From Octopus vulgaris (lineage: Eukaryota), in contig OX597816.1 of assembly GCA_951406725.2 (NCBI GenBank), positions 55,676,001 to 55,740,000 on the forward strand: a stretch of DNA of 64,000 nt, read 5' to 3'. Shown one piece after another: positions 15,163 to 28,800 of the stretch. The translations under genes and the position numbers were made by a program. The notes under the pieces are model-generated. The model did not search any database. It worked only from the letters and a program-made list of their open reading frames with translations, and had not been told where the DNA came from. Numbering within the stretch: position 1 is the first letter of the stretch; the number at the start of each line of letters is the position of its first letter.

Positions 15163-15480
15163 CTCGTTCTGGTCTAACTACCCACCTTGTTTGTTTTCGT
15201 TGGGTGCCCTTCCATGTCTCCTTATCCTGTTTTTGCTCCCAACTTTGACCCTCCATAAAATCCAAAATTTATTTTGGAAGTTATGGGAACAACTGCCTTC
15301 CAAGACTCATATTGTCGTTCAATGCTCGGCATGAGGAGTAGATAGACAGCCGACAACTGATGAAGATTCGTTCTTTCAGTTACTTGTCCTGTTTTCAATT
15401 TTTTTTCTCATTCTTTGCGTATTTAATTCGCTTGTTTTTGTATTTCTTGTTGTTTCCAGTTGGTGATATTTGGTACCCAA
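15160..15480 (+). repeat. Interspersed repeat (possibly PLE pLTR-derived), related to 45985-46360
   Basis: Shares GGAGTA...CCGACAACTGATGA and a T-rich downstream part with the minus-strand copy near 46170; flanked by (TA)n. Confidence 0.45.
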
Positions 15481-15489
15481 ATGTGCATG

Positions 15490-15535
<46 letters not shown>

Positions 15536-15551
15536 TTATTATTATTATTAA

Positions 15552-15584
<33 letters not shown>

Positions 15585-16421
15585 GACAACAAAAGAATGA
15601 ATGAGACCTCGATATTATGTGAACTAGAGGAATTTATCTATAAATATAATATGTGACAGTTAGCTGTCATAATAAAACTCAGTTTCGGATGCCGGAGCAG
15701 ACTTTAGCTCCGGCATGCGAAACTCTGTGTTTTATTATGACAATCAACTAATTGTTGCATAAAGAAGCATGCATATTTATCTGTATATTTTCCGTAATCT
15801 CACAGTTGGTCAGTAGAAAGAAAATACATTCTCGTCTAAAATACTATCATTAAAGTAGTCGCTATGATGAGCTAAAAACTAAATCTACTAAACGCGGTGC
15901 TCCAGTGTAGGCGCAGTACAACCATTATATGCAGAAAAAAAAAACAAGGAATAAATAATAAATAGCCTTTCAGGAGAAAGCTGCTTAATCGGGCGAATGA
16001 AATTATTGTCCTAAAATATAGTCAGACCAAAATTATATTTCTATTAAAAATGAAAATTAATCTACGCTAATGATTTTGTAATGAAAATGTAAATCTGGTA
16101 TTGTTTGAATGTAATCCTATGTTTTGATAATTAGTCTACTTCCAAGTGAAGAGGAGAAATTTTCTATTTGAATTGATTAAAGTCATTTCGTAGAGCGGAC
16201 AGAATTTTAATTAAAGAATTAATTAGTTTTGAAATATTTTGGTCTATAAAGAGCAAAATGTTTCAAAAGTGACTGAGAAGTAATCCTCTGCAGGAAAGAA
16301 CATATGATTCAAAAATCTTATCAATTAAGAATGAGTTGCAAAATAAATTTCAGAAGTTTATCTTTACGATTCTATAAAGTTACAACCATATAACTTCTGT
16401 TATATTCACATATCTGAGAGC

Positions 16422-16486
<65 letters not shown>

Positions 16487-16822
16487 TTGAAATGTCGGTG
16501 ACTTTATGAAGATTACGAAAACACACACATACACAGATATATATATATATATTAGAAGGTTTGTACAGGTATTATATATTAGATAAAATAAGCTACTCAG
16601 AAATCTTTGTGGTTGTACGTTTACAGATTTTTATCAATATGTCGCATCTTTTTATAAATCATATTATAGCGCTTGCATCTAATCTAGTAGAATCTCCAGA
16701 TTTGAATTCGTTTGAGAGGATTCTTCTCATTTTATAGTATTATTGAGTGTGCAGGGGTGGGGAGAGATATAGGATAGTAAAAGAGGGTGAGGAATGGTGG
16801 GAAAGTGAGAGAGAGAGTGTGT

Positions 16823-16878
<56 letters not shown>

Positions 16879-17298
16879 GTGTGCTTGTTTATGTATCGGA
16901 AAGAAGTGTCAATGCAAAAGGAGAGGAAAGAAAGGAAGAGTGAAAGAAGAAAAAATGTGTTTACATCTATACAGCTTGTCAGCTCATTCAATAGAAAGTG
17001 ATGAGTTGATTCTTGGCCTTTAAAAATGACAAAATCAAGTGGCTACTCTAAGGGATGGGGGCTTGATAAAAGTTATTTTTCAAAAACATTTTCTGGATTT
17101 ATTATCAGCGTCATCATCATTGTCCAGTGAGAGAGAGGGTGTGTGTGTTTATTTTGTGTGTGTGTGTGTGTGTGTTGTGTGTGTGTGCCTATGTATCTGA
17201 AAGGCGTGTCAATGACCAACTAGTCATCTCAATAGGAGATGACTAGTTGGTTAATAAAAGTTATTTTTCAAAACATTGTCTGGATTTATTATCATCAT

Positions 17299-18492
17299 AA
17301 ATTTTGGAATCTATTTTTTTCGAGAAATCATCTAATTTTGAATCATTTTGGAATCTATTTTGATATTTTTTAAAAAAATTTTAGTTGATTTTTGTTTATT
17401 TTCAGATCATTAAAATGGAATGTCAAGTTAAGAAAAACGAGCATTTTCGACACGTCCTTCTTTTTCCTTTTAATCAAGGTTCTAAGGCCGCAAAAGCTGC
17501 TCCCGTCATTTGTGCTGTGTATGGAGAGAGTGCTATAGCTGAAAGAACCGCTCGTGATTGGTATGCCAATTCAAAAATGGAAAGTTTGACCTCAAGGACG
17601 TACCTCGTTCTCGCCGTACAGTTGATTTCGTTGAACAGCGAATAAACAAACTTTTGCACGAAAATTCTCCTCAAACGACAAGGGAACTGCCAGAGAAAAT
17701 TGAATGCTCTCACACTGCGATAGAGAAGCAACTTGACTCGATGGGAAAGGTTCAGAAGTATGGAGCATGGATTCTGCATTCTTTAAGTGACAACAACAAA
17801 ATCAACAAGCCACAATCTTCGCTGGTTTGCTTGCTCGTCACCGCTCAACTCATCTACACAAACAACGATTTCTTTACTGAATCGTTACTGGTGCCGAAAC
17901 ATGGTACCTGTACATCAATATGAAGCAGCGTAAGTAATGGCTTAACCCCGGTAAAAAAGTGACAGCGCGTGTGAAACAAGATCTTCATCCACGTAAAACG
18001 ATGTTGTGGGTATGGTTTGACTGGGAAGGAATTATCCATTACGAATTACTTGAACGGAACCAAACGGTCAACGCGGAACTCTATGTTCAACAGATGGAAC
18101 GACTCAGCACGGCTATTCTAGAGAAAAGACCTAATCAGCAGCATTGAGTTATTCTGCTGCACGACAACGCCCGCCCTCATATTGCCAATATGACCAAGGA
18201 AGCCATTCAAACGCGTTGCTGAGAAGTGCTCCCATACCCGCCGTATTCTCCTGATTTGGCACCAGCGGATTTCCACCTCTTTCGATCTCTTTCAAATGCT
18301 ATGCGCGGAGTTTCGTTCAATACTAATGCAGAACTGAGTGCTTGGTTGGATCAATTTTTCGAGTCGAAATCTTGTTGAACGTTGGGAAGAAGTTGTAAAC
18401 AACATTATTAATTATTTAGTTGTTATTTTTTATTAAGCCTTTAACAAAAATTAAAAATTTAAAAAACGGCGGTTACTTAGTTGCTAACCCAA
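17299..18492 (+). mobile_element. Decayed mariner transposon (DD34D, mellifera-like), 5' TIR missing
   Basis: Frameshifted transposase from ATG 17415: MECQVKKNEHFRHVLLF, WILH (WVPH), HDNARPH, YSPDLAPADFHLF. 3' TIR ...ACTTAGTTGCTAACCCAA followed by TA. Confidence 0.95.
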
Positions 18493-18494
18493 TA

Positions 18495-19017
18495 TATGCA
18501 GGATAATGCACCATATCAAAGTGCTAAAATCGTTAAGGAAGTGTTTGAGCTGAAAACATTATAGTGATGTGTTGGCCAGGTCAGAGCCCTAACCTTAATT
18601 CCATTCAAAATTTATGGAAGATACTTAATGATAAGATCGGAAAGCACTGACATGCGAATGTCACGATTTTGTGGAATTTTCGTCACAACAATGGGAGAAA
18701 TTGGTCAAATCTTGTGAACAGAGAGTTGCTGAAGTCATTAGAAAAAAGTAATGTACATATCTTATTAATATATGGATTGTAAGTATTTCTGGAAAACTTT
18801 TAATTTCCTGAATGTTATGTTGTGCATTCTCTAATTGTTTCCATCTTGTATTTTTCAAATAAACATTTAATTTTCTATTATACTTTATTTAGTTATTAAT
18901 CACTTCTAACAAATAATGAACTGAATTTAAAGTATATAGAGTAAAAATCCCATTCAGAAAATGATATAGAAATGTAAATATCTTTATTTTCGTTCACTAA
19001 TTTGGGCCGCTGTTGTA
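18495..19017 (+). mobile_element. Tc1-like (DD34E-type) transposon 3' fragment
   Basis: MQDNAPYQSAK...WPGQSPNLNSIQNLW (consensus WPxQSPDLNPIENLW); probable terminal GGGCCGCTGTTG+TA near 19004-19017. Confidence 0.8.
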
Positions 19018-20554
19018 TATATAACACATATGAAATAATAATTTCGCTTCGAAGAACAAAGGAGAAATTCAAGAATGCTGTTTTTACATAAAATATTCAT
19101 ATCCTTAAGTATATAAAATGCAAGCAATTACCTTCTTTTGTTCAAATTGCTACTGCCTTAAACAAATTCTCATTTCATTGCTCAAACAAATGTCACAACA
19201 TGTTAAATTTTAATCCACCATTATTATATAACCGTGCCTTATCTGCAATCGACCAGAAAATATTTTGAATGAGAACTTGGTTTAACAAAAAATACATATA
19301 TATTTCAACAAAGTCATATCGCAGATTTTATCAGTGTTTAACAAATGATTGTGTTTATAAAATCGATTTTGCAATGTTAGTTCAGTTACCCCAATATCTT
19401 ATTTAGGTTAATCTTTGGTGTTTGTATAATTGTAGTGGTGGATGTTATCGACTTTGCCTGACGGTTACCATCTGTTTCTCTTGACAATCATCTTTTGGAT
19501 TTAGCTTTGCAACAGTATATTCTGTTCTTCGCACAATTCCATTCTCGCGAAGAATTGTTTGCATGCGTATAGATCGTTCTCTCTCTCACACACACACTCA
19601 TTATCTATCTATTTATTTCTCTATCTCCTCCTCTCTTTCTCTATCCCTCTCTCATACACACACATACAAACACATACATACATATACATATGCATCTGTA
19701 TACACTCACACACACACACACAACTCATGTTAATAGCAATGTAGCAATTCCAGCTTGGATATTGTGTTTATAACGCAACACGAGTAGAGGTATAAGATGT
19801 TGCTACGCGTCGAAAAGATAAGCGTTGTGCATTAAACCACACTGCTGAATACATAAATATAAATAAGTGTGTAAGAGTGTGTGTCTATCTGTGTGTTTGT
19901 GTGTATGTTTGTGTATGTGTGCGTTTGTGTGTATATGTGTGTGTGCGTTTCAAATCTAATTACAGATATAAATACGGGTGTCGTATTTAAAGCGTGAACG
20001 CAAAAGCAAATTAATTCCTCGTGGGACTCAAAACTATTTCTGTGATATGAAACTCAAGTCGACCACTAAAATATTTACGTATGTGTTCGCAAGCAATCAG
20101 AACTAGCAATTTATTTTTCAAATTAACCTGATCTTCACGATCTGGAGCGGTGTCGAGACTGCAAACAGCAGTCATTATATATTAACAAAGGTAAAGGTTG
20201 CTTCGATTGAACTTGTATTTTCTACTACCGACCTAGACAGACAGACACCTTTCAGCTATTTAATGATTGTATATGTAGTTAAATTTAGGTTCTGTAATTT
20301 CAGCAATTATCTCAACGTGATTCAAATTCTAATGATCTCTTTTAAGTTTTTAAACTCCTAGCTATACATAGAATAATTACTGACTGAAGCTAGTGTTAGC
20401 TCCAAGACATGGTCTCCACTCACTAACTCACCTTACAGTTTACTACTTCAGCTGTATAATTAGTGTTTCCTTTAATATTTCATTTATGAATATAAATATT
20501 ATAGTCTTCCTCTTTAACCCTCTATCTTTATGTCTCTCTTTATCTCCCTCTCAA

Positions 20555-20585
<31 letters not shown>

Positions 20586-21129
20586 AACACACGCACACAC
20601 ACACACACACGGATAGACACCTGAGAGCGAAAACACTCACTTAAGAAGTAATGCAAATCCATGCATAGGCAAGAACAAAACCCCATTGGCAACGTGTTTC
20701 ACATACTTCCATCTTCCATGTATTTATAAGTCATATCGTTGAAGTGGCCGGTTCGACTCGTTTCAGGAACATCCAGCGACAAAGGACGCAGACAGGAAAC
20801 ACTCAGTCATTAAATATGACGAGGCAGTCATGGCTGGATTTTCGTTTACCTAATGTTAGCTACGTCATTGCTGATCTTGCCTATATAACATTACCATCAG
20901 CCTCATGCAAGCATATATTTCTTACTATTAGTCCCTCCTTAAGCTCGCGAGCACACACCCATACACACACTCATACACACTCACACACACACACACACGC
21001 GCACATAGACACACAAACGTATGAAAGCTTTTAAAAATTAAAACAATATTATATGAAATATTTAATAGCACGAGGAAGGATACTATTTTCAATCAAAGAA
21101 AGTAATTAATCATTATTGAATTAAATATA

Positions 21130-21348
21130 AGGCAGCGGGCTGGCAGAATCGTTAGCACGCCGGGCAAAATGCTTAGCGGCATTTCGTCTGTCTTTACGTT
21201 TTGAGTTCAAATTCCGCCGAGGTCGACTTTGCCTTTCATCCTTTTGGGGGTCGATAAATCAAGTACCAGTTACGTACTGGGGTCGATCTAATCGACTGGT
21301 GCCATCCCCCAAATTTCAGGCACTTGTGCCTGTAGCAGAAAGGATTAT
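21130..21348 (+). mobile_element. SINE family B (Nin/Deu-like domain)
   Basis: tRNA-like head with GAGTTCAAATTCC, then GCCTTTCATCCTTTTGGGGGTCGATAAATCAAGTACCAG; copies at 38036, 48816 and 54731. Confidence 0.85.
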
Positions 21349-21367
21349 CTCTACATCATAAAGTCAT

Positions 21368-21445
21368 ATGCTTTGGTCGGCCCGAGGCTATAGTAGAAGA
21401 CATTTGTCCAAAGTGCCACGCAGTGGAACTGAACTCAGAACCATG
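21368..21445 (-). mobile_element. SINE family A fragment
   Basis: GCTTTGGTCGGCCCGAGGCTATAGTAGAAGACA matches 57910-57970. Confidence 0.75.
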
Positions 21446-21479
21446 CCATATAGCCACTGTATCATACCGAATACAAGTG

Positions 21480-21820
21480 GGCAAGTGTCTTCTCCCAACG
21501 CGTAGCCCCACGCTTACCGGGGCCTGATCGACTCTACACGGCCGGCGTGTCCCCGACTTTCCTCCCAGGCACAAATCCGGGCATGTTTGTTTATGGAAGA
21601 CCAGCAGTCGCCCATACATACCGGCTTCCACACCAAGGAAAAAGCAAAGGCCGATACAGCTTGGCAACAGTGACGTCACAAACCTTTTATACAGGTGAGT
21701 GAACTGGAGCAACGTGAAATAAAGTGTCTTGCTCAAGAACACAACACGCAGCCCGGTCCGGTATTCGAACTCACAAATCACGATCGTAAGCTCGACGCTC
21801 CAGCCACTGAGTCATGCACC
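21480..21820 (-). mobile_element. CORE-type SINE, family D
   Basis: Minus strand GAGTTCGAATACC B-box plus TGTGTTCTTGAGCAAGACACT; body matches 41313-41615 and 59620-59815. Confidence 0.85.
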
Positions 21821-21839
21821 TTCGTTTGCATTATATATA

Positions 21840-21883
<44 letters not shown>

Positions 21884-23942
21884 AACACACACACACACAT
21901 TATATTATATCTGCTACTAAAAGGCAATTGAAATGCAGAAATATCCTGAATATTTTGAAATATTTTGAGTAATAGAACTATCAAAATCTTTCTATTTCAC
22001 TTAATTATGGAAACTTCAATCTTAATAAAGAAAATGTAACAATTGCTTTGAGATTCGTTTTAATAATACAATTTGATTTTTGCCTTAAAAAATTATGCCT
22101 GAAGTATTTACATCAAAAATATATTTCTTTCCGAGAATACAGATGCATTTTATAATGGATTTCAGCATCAGAATTTTATGAAACACGTCACCCCTCACCA
22201 CACCATATAAGGAATTATTTATAAAACAGATGTATTTATGATATTGTTTAGCAAGATTTGTATTTCTATGACGATAATTAGATTAAATTTTGTAAAATAT
22301 GTACGACAGAAGATAATTCTCACCAACATGTACCAAGAAATATAAAATACCATCCCTGGCATTCTCTCAAACAAATGTTTTAATGAAATATGTTCTAAGT
22401 CTAAGTGCATAGTTCTATCATAAGTTCATTATCAAAATATACTTTGCTATTCTATTATTATGCATTTTCTGGCACGCAAAGAACAATTTCTAGATTTCAC
22501 TGTATTAAGTTTCACAATATACGACAAAGTGAACAAGGTTTGGTAGAGAGCAAACTTTGATCTCTATGGAAGCAAAACCAGGAGTATGAATATCAGGATG
22601 ACCTTAATAGCACTAACAACAGACTGGTCGGTTATGTTCAAAGCATCAACGGGAGCAGAGGGCCGAAAGTAAGACTTATGGAGACACCCCAAATCTCTAC
22701 ACTTGTTGCACAAAGTAGGGTAGGTTTACACCAAGCCATATCGAATAGCAAGTTTTGGAGAGAGTACGAAGTCTACCCAGATTCATTGATGTTATTTACT
22801 GAAGATTCCCGATTGGAGATCACCCCATGCTTAGTTGGAACAATGGATTCTTGTGGTGTAGAGAAATGCACTTCCGTCGCAGCCGTTGTTTCTAAGACAG
22901 AAGGTATACGTATATATATCAATGGAGTGTTGACTGGGGTTTGCCTTGTTGACTTGTGTCAACAACCTCCATATACATACACGTTACACATACACTGACG
23001 CACATGTTACACACACAACCCGTATATCTGTGTGTGTTTGTGTGTGTGAGTATATATATGTATGAGTGTGTGTGTGCTTCTATGTGTGTGTGTGTGTGTG
23101 TGAATAAACTTTAGTACGGAATCACCCTTAATTCTAATTTGTCATTCCCAGATATACTTTCACTACATGTGAAGACATTTAGGGTTTATAGACACATCTC
23201 TTGTTAGTAGTTTTATCGGAACATTTTTATAAGGGGAAATTTATTTTCATGTGAGCCAATTAACATCTTTTAGAGATTGGTCAATGAATATTTCATATCA
23301 ACTGCACTGTCTGCAATTTACATGAATTCCAATAGAAGAGTAATTGTCTATCTAATGTTCTGATTCTCGGCCAAGAATTATGCTTTACTCTATGGAGCAA
23401 ACATTTTAACGTTATTAATTCTGGATTTCTGCAATATTCATTATTCAATTTACCTGTTTTCTATATTTCTGCTATTACTCTTAAATTACTCTCAGTTGAG
23501 TTACATACCTGTCGATGTATTTCTTTGATATGCTTCTCATTCAATGATCACATAATCACTTAACTGATGAAAAATCATGAATTGCAAATGAGTGACAGTA
23601 ACATTTATGTTAATCGAAGTTTAGACCTATATGCGATGTAGCCTTCTTAATCGATGTTCAGTAGGGAGTGATCCAAATAAAGGCTTTAGCAAGAAATTCT
23701 CTGCAAAATCCCAGACCGCTCCAAGTAGTAGCAATTATGACCAATTACTGCTTTAGACAACCGAAAAATTTGTGAGAAGAGTGAATGCACATTTATTGTT
23801 CTGGAAGGATTGAGACTAAAGATGCTTCGCTTGAATAAACGTGATTAAAAGCAGGATTTAACAGCAATTATGGTAATGGATTGTAGCATAAAACGCTTAG
23901 CAAAAATCGCAAATCTTATATAAGCACACAACACACACACGA

Positions 23943-24022
<80 letters not shown>

Positions 24023-24429
24023 TGCACAAATCATTGTGCTTGGTTGTGCAGGGAAAGCTCTCTCAATAAAATTAGCCGTCGCTGCTGCAATTATACTGAT
24101 GCAGATGAAGACGGGCGGAAGGAGTGGAGTTTAAATGTGTCGGCTTCAATACAAATGCCATTGAATGACAGTCAAAAGTATTTTTGAATAGAATGCATTT
24201 GGAATTGTGTGTTGTATGTGATATACAACTAGAAACACTGCAGAGTCAAAGAAGACATGTTTTTATTCAGGATAATAATGAAATAATCCCGATTAGAAGA
24301 AAAAAATACGTCAAACAATATTGAGAGAAAAATTAAGAACGCTGATATGTTCAATAAAGAAACTAAGATAACAAATTTAAACCAAACTGGAACATATCTA
24401 TGAATCAATGAACTTGTCTTGTAAACACT

Positions 24430-25100
24430 CCAAACATACACCTGAAAATTCAGAAGAGAAAGGCGATGCGAAGGTACTCCAGAAAATGCGAATACACACA
24501 GACATACAGAGGAGAATTATTTGGCCTGATATAATTTTTTACATGGCTTTGACTAACGAATATAGGATCAGACAAATATCTCCCAAGCTAGTGTAGAGGT
24601 GAAATAACTAAAGAGACAAAATTTAGTTAGATATACACAACGATTTGAGGGAATTAAATTAGAATCAACCACGCCTAAGTGTAGATAAAACTGGGACACA
24701 GCGAAATAAATGATAAAAGTGAGGAAATAATATGACATAAGATTCAGTTTAACATTAGATGCCAGGCGTAAATAAATTAGTTAGATATTAAATGTAGCAC
24801 GGATACAATGAATTTGAAGGGGGAAAATCACTTTTCTTTAAATATAAGGAATTCAAAAATTACAAACACCGAAGTAACTTCGCTGGAAAAAAAGGCAACT
24901 GAATAAAGATCAAATTATAACTGGCTTCCAGGATAGAGTGGAATAAAGATGAAGAGGGAAGCCACACAGTAGCCATTGTCATACAAACCACAAGAGAATT
25001 AGATTATAAGGCAAGAACAGCAGTTAAAGAATATAAAAATGCAAATGAATCTAACACCAAATCTATGAAACCAGTAGAATGAGACAGCTGACCTTATCAT
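24430..25100 (+). mobile_element. Highly decayed RTE-like LINE remnant
   Basis: QRRIIWPDII resembles RRILxIxWPDxI; heavily degraded. Confidence 0.35.
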
Positions 25101-25399
25101 CTCTTGTTACCCAGTCCTTATACATCTCACGAATATTCTGAAGCTATCACTGTGTGGCAATATATCGACAATTGAAAAGGACAAATAGTATAAAACACAA
25201 ACGAAATATACTATACGGCACTTTTCAATGACTGTTTCGAATCACCTTTGTGTATACCGATCCTGGTGATTAGAGAAATGATTAAATCTAGCCAGCTAAC
25301 AATCGTAACAACCTACACAAACTTCACTAATAAACATCTCTACATTTGCAAATATCTCAATCCATTTCAATAAACATTAATAGAAAGAAAGTGGAGAAA

Positions 25400-25580
25400 A
25401 TGTTAAAATAGAATGTCTCGAAATTGAAATAAAGTCGATGTGGGCAATGAAATTTTAAAAAAAATATCGGTAATAATTGGAGCATTAGCTTTGAACAAAA
25501 CTAAATTATAAACCTTAACCAGATTCACAAAGTTGCACGAAGTCCGAAATATATCTTCTCTGCGCAGAAAATGCATTCAA
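25400..25580 (+). mobile_element. R4/Dong-like LINE C-terminal fragment
   Basis: EIEIKSMWAMK...VIIGAL, similar to 33000-33065. Confidence 0.55.
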
Positions 25581-26579
25581 TGCAAAATATATTTATTTTT
25601 TTACACAAATGAAGTAATGCATTCACTACAATCAACACTAAACGATCAAAGCCAATAATGTAACAGAAAGCAGATACCACTATCACTAATAAAGTAACAT
25701 ACTATAAATTAAAAGAATTTATATTCCATATATTCTAAATAGAATGGTAACCAATAGGATAACCAATTTCCATAATAGAAATGTAGTATACTTCTTCAGT
25801 ACCTTTTCCAAAATGGATAATGTCAAAGCTACAGAACTCAGAATTGCTAAGAAGCAATCTCAAAATACACGACGCGCGGACAACAACTGCGATGGCTCTA
25901 GGCAGTAAGTAAGTAAAGTGGAACAACCAAACGCCCTAACTACTAAGCCACGTGTTTTGGTATAATTCAGAAATAACACAAACAATAAATTAAACAAAAG
26001 TTACCCACTAACCCTGACCTCAATGGCCACTTGAATGCCCATCTTCTACGAGATATGTGTCCATGTTAAGAGGGATTATTATTTTTTCGTGTGTCTTAAA
26101 GTGTTCGGAGAATTCGTTGCCGTCTACATGGCCCAAGAATTTGTAGGTGAAGAAGCATTATTCGATATTTTCCCCACCAGTATTTGTTTCATCCTTTATT
26201 TACTGCTAAGGACATAAGGTAACGTTATCTTGTCAAGATTTGAACTCAGAATATACCGAACACGAGCACATGATGTAATGCAGCTTTCCAAGCTCTAAAA
26301 CAATTCTAAGAATATGTCACTTCACGAATGTTCCATAATTCTACATCCGATGAAGAAATTCTATATCTATAATAAAGTTTAGTCACAAAGACGGAAATTG
26401 ATATTCTGTTCGACGAATAGTCATCTCATGAGTAAAGGTTACACAAGTATCTTGTTACATAGACATCAATGCAAACATTCGCCCTCTTTTCAATAATACA
26501 ACAGCTTGACAAATTGAAAGCAAATCAGATTGTGTAACTCTAATATGTTTGCTTGTCCTGGCCTGGCTTCCTGTTGGTT

Positions 26580-26868
26580 GCTACGACAATTTTTCCATTT
26601 TTCCAGTTGATCCACTCAACCGAGCAGCTTTCTCCTGGAATTAATTTGGTCGAACACACCACAGCCACCTATGCCATTTACATAGTTCTCTGGGAGATTC
26701 ACCGTCGTAAATAATAGGATAAAACTACTCGTTTGAATTACAGGTACAACTCATTTAGAGGACTAGAGCAATGTGAAATAAATTGTCTTCCACGAGGAAA
26801 CAGTGCGCCACCGGGAATCGAACTCCCGATACGGAGAACCAAATGCCCTAACTACTAAGCCACGTGTT
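26580..26868 (-). mobile_element. SINE with CORE-type head and family-C-like tail
   Basis: Minus strand CGTGGCTTAGTAG...GAGTTCGATTCCC; tail similar to 63760-63870. Confidence 0.6.
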
Positions 26869-27199
26869 TTGGTATAATTATTCAGAAATAACACAAACAA
26901 TAAATTAAACAAAAATAACCAACCAACACTGACCTCAATGGCCACTTGAATGCCCATCTTCTACGGGATAATCTCCTCCTTCGTATTACTAAATATCTTC
27001 AAGGCAAATGAATCAATGTGTTTGTCTCTGAACATGCATAGCGGCTATGGCAGGGGGATATACCACCTAATAACTGGATTCCGTTTATCCAACGGATGTA
27101 GAAGTGCAGGTACTCTAATCTGATTAGACTGGAATACAAGAAATGTACGATGGACATATTGTAAATTATAACGAGGACGCACACAATGACCACTTTTTG

Positions 27200-28800
27200 C
27201 CGACCATCCATGGAGAGCTTCCTCCCAGGCTATTTCTAGGTGAAACTAACGATTCTGCTAGTCACAATTCCGTTGTACTTGAAGTTCTTTAACAGAAACA
27301 GATCCCACGGAAATTTACCCTGTTAACTTAGCACCTCTATAAAAATCTATTTCCCCTTCCAGATAGGCATCCTAGACGTGTTACTCTACAACAGCCTCTT
27401 AAATCACTATAAAAAAAATGTTCGTCTTTTTTTCCTCCTTTCGTTCCATACGAAACTCCAGAGAGGTCCATATGATTGATGAGACATCCTTCCGAGCATT
27501 CTGAGTTGACTCCTGGACATTATATCGATATTTTTCAATTATCCTTTCTCCAATTCATTATTCACACTCTGCACGTTATTAGTGAATCTGCCGCTCACTC
27601 TCTTGACTGCTAGCATGAAACTTAATTTAGTTATTAACATCTTCACTCAACAAAAATATTCGTTAATGAGGACTATACTGTTAATTTGAACACTGTCTGG
27701 TATACGTATATATCAAAGACATGAATACTTTCTTCGACTGCTATATCCATTCCACCTTTATTTTATTCATATTTCATCTCAAATCACGTTCACTATAACA
27801 AATTAATGTTGCACCAAAAAGTGCAGTTGACTTTTGCACTTGTCATGAACTTCCTCGGCTTTGTTAAGTATAATTGACAAAGTGATCAAAGCGATTATAA
27901 ACAAGATAAGATTGACATCTTGAAAGATTCCTCTTCTAACCAGTAAAACTACCAATCTCTCCTCCTCAATCGATAACTCAACTTTCTTCTGTTGCATTAC
28001 ATCATCTTGCCGATATTTAGCCCACACCCAAACATCTTACATAATTCTACACATCATCTGATCGGCGTATATGGAACTGGGTGATATCCCTGTCTATAAC
28101 TATCTTTGCGCTGTGTAAATGCTTCATTCGCTTTCTCCAATCATTCAAAATTATTTGCCAATCATTAATTACTTTGCTTTGTTTTTTTTCTCGTGGGCCT
28201 TTCTGTTCAACATTTATTAAATGTTAGTATATCACTTCTGTATTATTCATATTAGAGGTTTCCGTAGAGGTCCCTATCACATAATTGGTCATCAATTTGA
28301 GATAATGATTTCCTTCTATTAGTCTTTCACTATCAGTCAGTTGTTTTTTCCTTCCTTTAATTAACCCCTGCTGCATTCTCTTTGAGATGCACACATTGAG
28401 CCACATTATTTTCTAATACTTTCAACCAAAAGACGTAGAGAGAATGAAGAAGTTCTCCATTTTCTTGAGTTATTTCAATTGCTTTTGAATATTTGCGGTA
28501 TAAGTTTCTTCTAAATTTATACGTATTATTATTGCGACTGTGATTCTTTCACAAATTTCTCCACAGAACAGATTCTTTCTTCAGTCTTCGGTTTTACATA
28601 ATCATATCTTTGAATTTCCCCCACGAATATCAAATGAAGGTTACTGGATTCTTTGAAAAAAAAGCGTTTATGCTCACATTCTGTTTTTCCTGCCAACTTT
28701 CAGATTTTAGCATCGCTGTCTCTTAGTTATTGATTCGTTGTTTCACTTTTTTTGTCATTTCTCTCTTAAGTTCGTTCTAATCTACATTTCGACTCTTTTG
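27200..28800 (-). mobile_element. Decayed R4/Dong-like LINE (RT region)
   Basis: VRRGIFQDVNLILFIIALITLSIILNK resembles RGIFQGDSLSPLLFxIAL; outer boundaries uncertain. Confidence 0.6.

Noticed and set aside
17415-18410. Domesticated SETMAR-like gene
   Set aside because: Multiple frameshifts and stops, TIR present, no SET domain.
22561-22998. Open frame with a possible splice donor (AAG/GTATAC near 22902) as a host exon
   Set aside because: No recognisable protein. Faint DDLN, DLWR and GDH words in mixed frames fit a decayed LINE endonuclease better; neither call is supportable without a search.
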